From positions 85,188,001 to 85,252,000 of the forward strand of contig OX597823.1 in the NCBI GenBank assembly GCA_951406725.2: 64,000 nt of DNA. Reading direction: 5' to 3'. This document shows, piece by piece, positions 59,700 through 64,000 of the stretch; position 1 is the first letter of the stretch; each line of letters starts with the position of its first letter. The position numbers and the translations under genes were made by a program. The stretch is from Octopus vulgaris. Lineage: Eukaryota. The notes under the pieces were generated by a model. The model ran no database searches and was not told where the DNA came from. It saw only the letters and a list, made by a program, of their open reading frames with translations.

Positions 59700-60690
59700 T
59701 TCAATTTTGTTTCCTTTTCTTGCCGAGTGTCTTCCTGACACCTAGGGCAGAGAAACGTACTGTATACAGTGGTAGGTCATTTAAACAAACACGCCAGTTT
59801 GTTCATTTACAGAGTCATATGATAGAGAAAAAGGGGAAGATAGAGTGAAAAAGGGAAGAAAATTCCCAGTGATAATGCTCTTCTCAATACGGGTGACGTA
59901 CCAGTTACAAGAATCTTTTGCACTTCCTGCATGAATGGTAAGCCTCGCATAATTCTTAAATAACTTTCATTTCCGTTTTTCATCATTTCAGTTGCTTGTA
60001 CAATCACTGGCATTGTAACCATCTTGAGATGCCACATGTTTTCGATTTCGATAACCCGACCTTTATATTTTCTGAGCTCATCAAATTCTTTTGCCGAGAT
60101 TTTATGGTCACAGGGTATGCTCATATCAATCAATAGAAATACTTTATTGCTTTTGTCTTTCACAACAATATCTGCTTTATTTTCCTTGATTGTCCGTTCT
60201 GTACAAACTGGGAACTCCCAAAGAATAGTTACATTTTCTCCCTCAGTTACATCCTCAGTGTAATGTTTGTACCACTTGTCAGCAGTTTTGATTTTATAAT
60301 GCCGACACATTATCCAATGTAGATATTGGCCATTTCTGTCATGTCTCTATTTGTAGTCTACAGGTACTAAAACCTAATGTCCATAGATTAGGTGGTCGAC
60401 TGTTTCGATCCCGTCGTTTCAGTCTACACCACTTTTCATCACATTGGCTTGATAATTTCGGCCCAATGAGCTCTGATCTTGGGCAGCCAAAATAAAACAT
60501 TCTCTCTCTTTAGCCCTGAGCTCTATAGCCACTGATGGGTGTGATTCTAGTCTACATCAGCTTGTTTGCTACGGACCATATATTAGTCATGCAGAGGTTT
60601 TTGTTCACACTTATCAGCCAATTGTTCAAGCGCATTTTGCTTTGCTATTGATTTCACCTTCTTTGCAACTACACTTGCTCCACTTCCTTC
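59700..60690 (-). mobile_element. R4/Dong-clade LINE 3' fragment with restriction-like endonuclease
   Basis: FILAAQDQS, ETVDHL, QYLHWIMCRHY, TILWEFPVCTERTIKENKADIVVKD, LLIDMSIP, KY..IEIENMWHLK. Confidence 0.9.
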
Positions 60691-60699
60691 ATGCTGTTC

Positions 60700-61700
60700 A
60701 ACCTGAGTATTATGCATATATTCAACAGACACCAGAACAAACACTCACACAAACATCTAAAATTGCAGATGCCACACTCATAGCACACACAGACATAACC
60801 GAAATAACAACAAGACCGTCACGACTACAGTCAAGCAAACAAATTAAACAACACCAACACAAAACAACCAGCTTCGTACTCATCAGAAGGGACAACGAGG
60901 AATTGATAATCATCGTAACCCAAAACATTGAATTTGAAACAGGAGGAGTGATATTCAAATCGAGCACGTTTTGCCTACCAGATCTGCTTTTGGCATAAAT
61001 GTCGCTCGGTTCCTACACAAAAATTAGAGGGATCTATCTTGGTGGTGAGGGAACCGCGAGCGTGAGACCCATATCGAGACTCTTAAAGGGGTTCCCCCCA
61101 AACTCCCACTAATTATGGAAGACACCGCAGAGGTAACATTTCCCTTCTCTTTTTAACTTGTCAACATGACCAAGAGGAGGAATTTTAAATGTTAGAGGAC
61201 TGGAGTCGCACTGGAAGCAAGGGCACATGCTCAACGACCTCAAGTTTTAGAATTGGATGTAATTGCTGTCAGTGAGACTAGAATTTCCAATACACGTACA
61301 CTGCCCCTTGTTCGACTACTATCAAATCTTTGTATCTGTTAGTTGGCCGGAAATGGGAGATGGAGTGACAGTGCCGTTTAGGAAAGAACTCGATCTCAAA
61401 GTAAGGTCGATCTTCCGGGATCCAGACGGAAGGTTGGTGGTTCGGGCGTTACGCGTTCAATAATAGTGAAGGTGGTGACTTTAGATTGGTGGCCGTCTAC
61501 GCTCCTGCCGGAGCCAAACGGCTGGATTTCTTAGGGTGTATGGAAGCCTTTCCAGTTGCGTTCACCCTTTACTGTTACTGGGGGTCTAGAAGGGAATATT
61601 AAACCAACGCTAGGATTGTGTGTGAGTAGCTGATAGAAGAGGGAGATGCAAAAGCTTTAAGCATCTGATCGGCCAGTTCCAACAGTCTGACAAGTACAGA
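60700..61700 (+). mobile_element. Tx1/L1-like LINE remnant: probable ORF1 end and APE endonuclease
   Basis: NVRGL, LDVIAVSETR, DPDGRLVV, FRLVAVYAP with frameshifts (61190-61700). Confidence 0.8.
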
Positions 61701-61705
61701 CGAGA

Positions 61706-62215
61706 TTTTTACTTTGTTAAGATTACATAGGACTGAGGTAACACCTCCAGAAGCTATAGAGAAATAAACAGAAAGTCCTATGTTATCTTAACAAAATAAA
61801 AATGAAGTAGACTGATAGGTAATTTTTCAAACTGTGGAAGATCGTTCAACCAATTTCACATGACAACTATGGTACTCTTCTGTGAATTTCTCAATAACGT
61901 CTGGAGGAGTTACCTCAGTTCTACGTAATCTTAACAAAAAAGAAAAAAATGAAGTTGACTGACATGTAGTTTTTGAACCTGTGGAAGGCACGCTAGATGC
62001 CAAAATATCGTTCAAATTATTTCACATGATAACTATGGCACTTTCTGTTTATTTCTCTATAACTTCCACTGGTTCCAAAATTTCATGTCAGTCAAAACTT
62101 TTTGATCTTTTTTTTTTGTGAAGATTTCATTGGACTGAGGTAACTCCTCCAGAAGTTATAGAGAAATAAACAGAAGAATGCCATAGTTGTCATGTGAAAT
62201 TAGTTGAACGATATT
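61706..62215. repeat. Mosaic of one ~150-bp module in direct and inverted orientation
   Basis: gactgaggtaac.cctccagaag.tatagagaaataaacagaa at 61732 and 62134, with reverse-complement copies between them. Confidence 0.85.
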
Positions 62216-62719
62216 ATAGAGAAATAATAGATGGGTTACAGCAAATATTCTGCTCAATACCACAAATTTGCTTGTCAGTGGCTTGGCCATAACCGGTTGA
62301 GCATCTCCATTTATGTCTGACAATATGTCATCCCAGACTACGAGTAGAAGTAGCGGGTGCATCATAGTCATGTGTTGAGAGGAATTCCTTGGGGTTTGAA
62401 TAATTTTCCTCTGGGAACATGGTTGTTTCGTTCAACATCCTTAAACGAACCTTATTCAGGGTCTTTTTCATTAGAAAGCGCTACTAACGAGAATTCTAAC
62501 TGTTTCCCACCTGGAAGGTCATGAACTGTTCTCTTCCATATGAGATCACAATATCGCGCAATGCATATGCCCCGTGTACGCTTATTAGACGGGTAATGAT
62601 GATAGTTATATTTGATCTCATATATTCTAAACCAGTGCCACTTTGATGAAAGGCACTGCCCTTTAACTCAGTAATAATAGTGGTAATACTAACATCAACA
62701 ATAACAACAACAATAATGA

Positions 62720-63340
62720 TTTCATTTATTTGCCGCAAAGGTCGAAGGATGAGGAGCACAATACAAAGACAGACATAAAGTGTGAGAGTTACGTTTAATG
62801 AAATGATTAAAAAAAAGGGATACAGGAAAGAAATAATGTATACACGGTATTCATTGAAAAAGGAAGGGACATATGCATAGCATACAAAGGTTGAAAAATA
62901 GTGATTGGGATGATGATAGAGATGTGACCCTCCTGATATAGTAAGGCTTCTCGGGATAAACGAGGAACTACACTGTCCGAGACCTCCCTGAAGCCCTAAC
63001 AGCAAGTGCCCTTTCTAATTCCTTCTTTCCGACTCACAAGTCTACACTTAGAGAGGTTCCTTCTACTCTTGTTATTTTCGTAACTTGCACCCACCTTTCA
63101 ATAAACCCACCCGAGGACAGTATTTTTCGCTCCACTCTCAATTTCCTTTTCAACTGAAATTTGAAAAAGTCAATGAGAATTCTACCAAAGAGGGATGTAT
63201 CTGTCCTCATGCCTTTCAGCCTTGCCCATCAAACACGCTCTTTCGTCACAGCCACCAGGCAAAGGAAAACTACCTTGCCTGCCCGATAAAAGGTGGGCGG
63301 CGTTGCGATCACAATTACCATATTGGCGGCGCAAGACCAA
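62720..63340 (-). mobile_element. Tx1-like LINE ORF2 C-terminus and 3' UTR
   Basis: GKVVFLCLVAVTKERV*WARLKG..FFKFQLKRKLRVERK..FIERW; UTR ends ggcaaataaatgaaat. Confidence 0.65.
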
Positions 63341-63379
63341 GATATGGCCACGAACTGGAATGAGTAAATGTCTTTGGAA

Positions 63380-63945
63380 TATGCAAATGTCTCTGCTGCG
63401 CCGCGTCTGTAGTAGCGTGAAAGAAACCATGGCTCATACCACAAACGAATGTCCTAGACTTGCCCCAAACTATTAGAAGTTGTGGTGACATGATCAGGAA
63501 GCAAACATTCTACATTGGAAACTGTGCGAAAAGTGGAGGCTAAAGAGAGGCAACACGTGGTATGCGTACAATCGGCAGAGAGCGGTAGAGTAGGAGACTA
63601 ACAAAATCCTCTGGGATTTCACAGTCCAAACAGATCAGGTGCTAGAGCATAACAGACCGAACCTAATGGTGGTTGACAAGACGCATGTGCTATATAGTTG
63701 ATGTTGCATGCCCCTTTGACACACGAATAGACAAGAAGGAAGGCGAAAAAATAGATAAATACAACCAAAGTACGAAATAGTCCGGCTATGGAAAATGAAG
63801 GTGAAGATAGTGCCAATTATTGTTGGTTCCTCGTGAACAGTATCGAAAGACATCAAGGAAATTGGAATAGGGTAACCAGTAGAACTGTTACAAAACGTTT
63901 GTCTTCTTAGCACGGCCGGAACAATCAGGAAAGTATTAACTGAAA
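63380..63945 (+). mobile_element. Second R4/Dong-clade LINE 3' fragment
   Basis: ETMAHTTNECPRLA, LHWKLCEKW, KILWDFTVQTDQVLEHNRPNL, VDVACPFD, KIVPIIVG. Confidence 0.88.
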
Positions 63946-64000
63946 ATAACGGATAGCATGGTACCGTAGGCTGCAAGTAGCAAGACCGCTACGCATGCAA

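Overview
This is eukaryotic, AT-rich DNA saturated with microsatellites: (TA)n, (TATC)n, (TATG)n, (CA)n and (ATT)n. The SINE types and repeat density most resemble a coleoid cephalopod (Octopus-like) genome; that assignment is inference from memory, not a database result. There are no prokaryotic features and no complete host gene. The window reads as a large intron or intergenic transposon graveyard. It holds a near-intact, 5'-truncated CR1-clade LINE (20641-24027), three mariner-type elements with different TIRs, two hAT-Charlie MITEs, Penelope-like (PLE) RT and GIY-YIG remnants, RTE, R4 and Tx1-like LINE fragments, and many tRNA-derived SINEs. Most ORFs in the supplied track are microsatellite artefacts. 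The most interesting signals are: (i) minimal hammerhead-ribozyme-like motifs with non-canonical cores (CUGUAGA/CUGUGGA and CCGANGA) in short PLE-end-like repeats that often sit as inverted pairs; (ii) a SINE/LINE pair whose shared 3' hairpin shows compensatory changes; (iii) a dimeric SINE inserted as one unit between 18-bp TSDs; (iv) candidate minus-strand exons of an unidentified host gene (48303-48328 and 15119-15187, joining as MRNARIHERVMQSLEVQRTRSEAAREE...). I cannot claim a wholly new biological system; the hammerhead-like repeat family is the best lead. All alignments were done by eye, and boundaries of degenerate elements are approximate.
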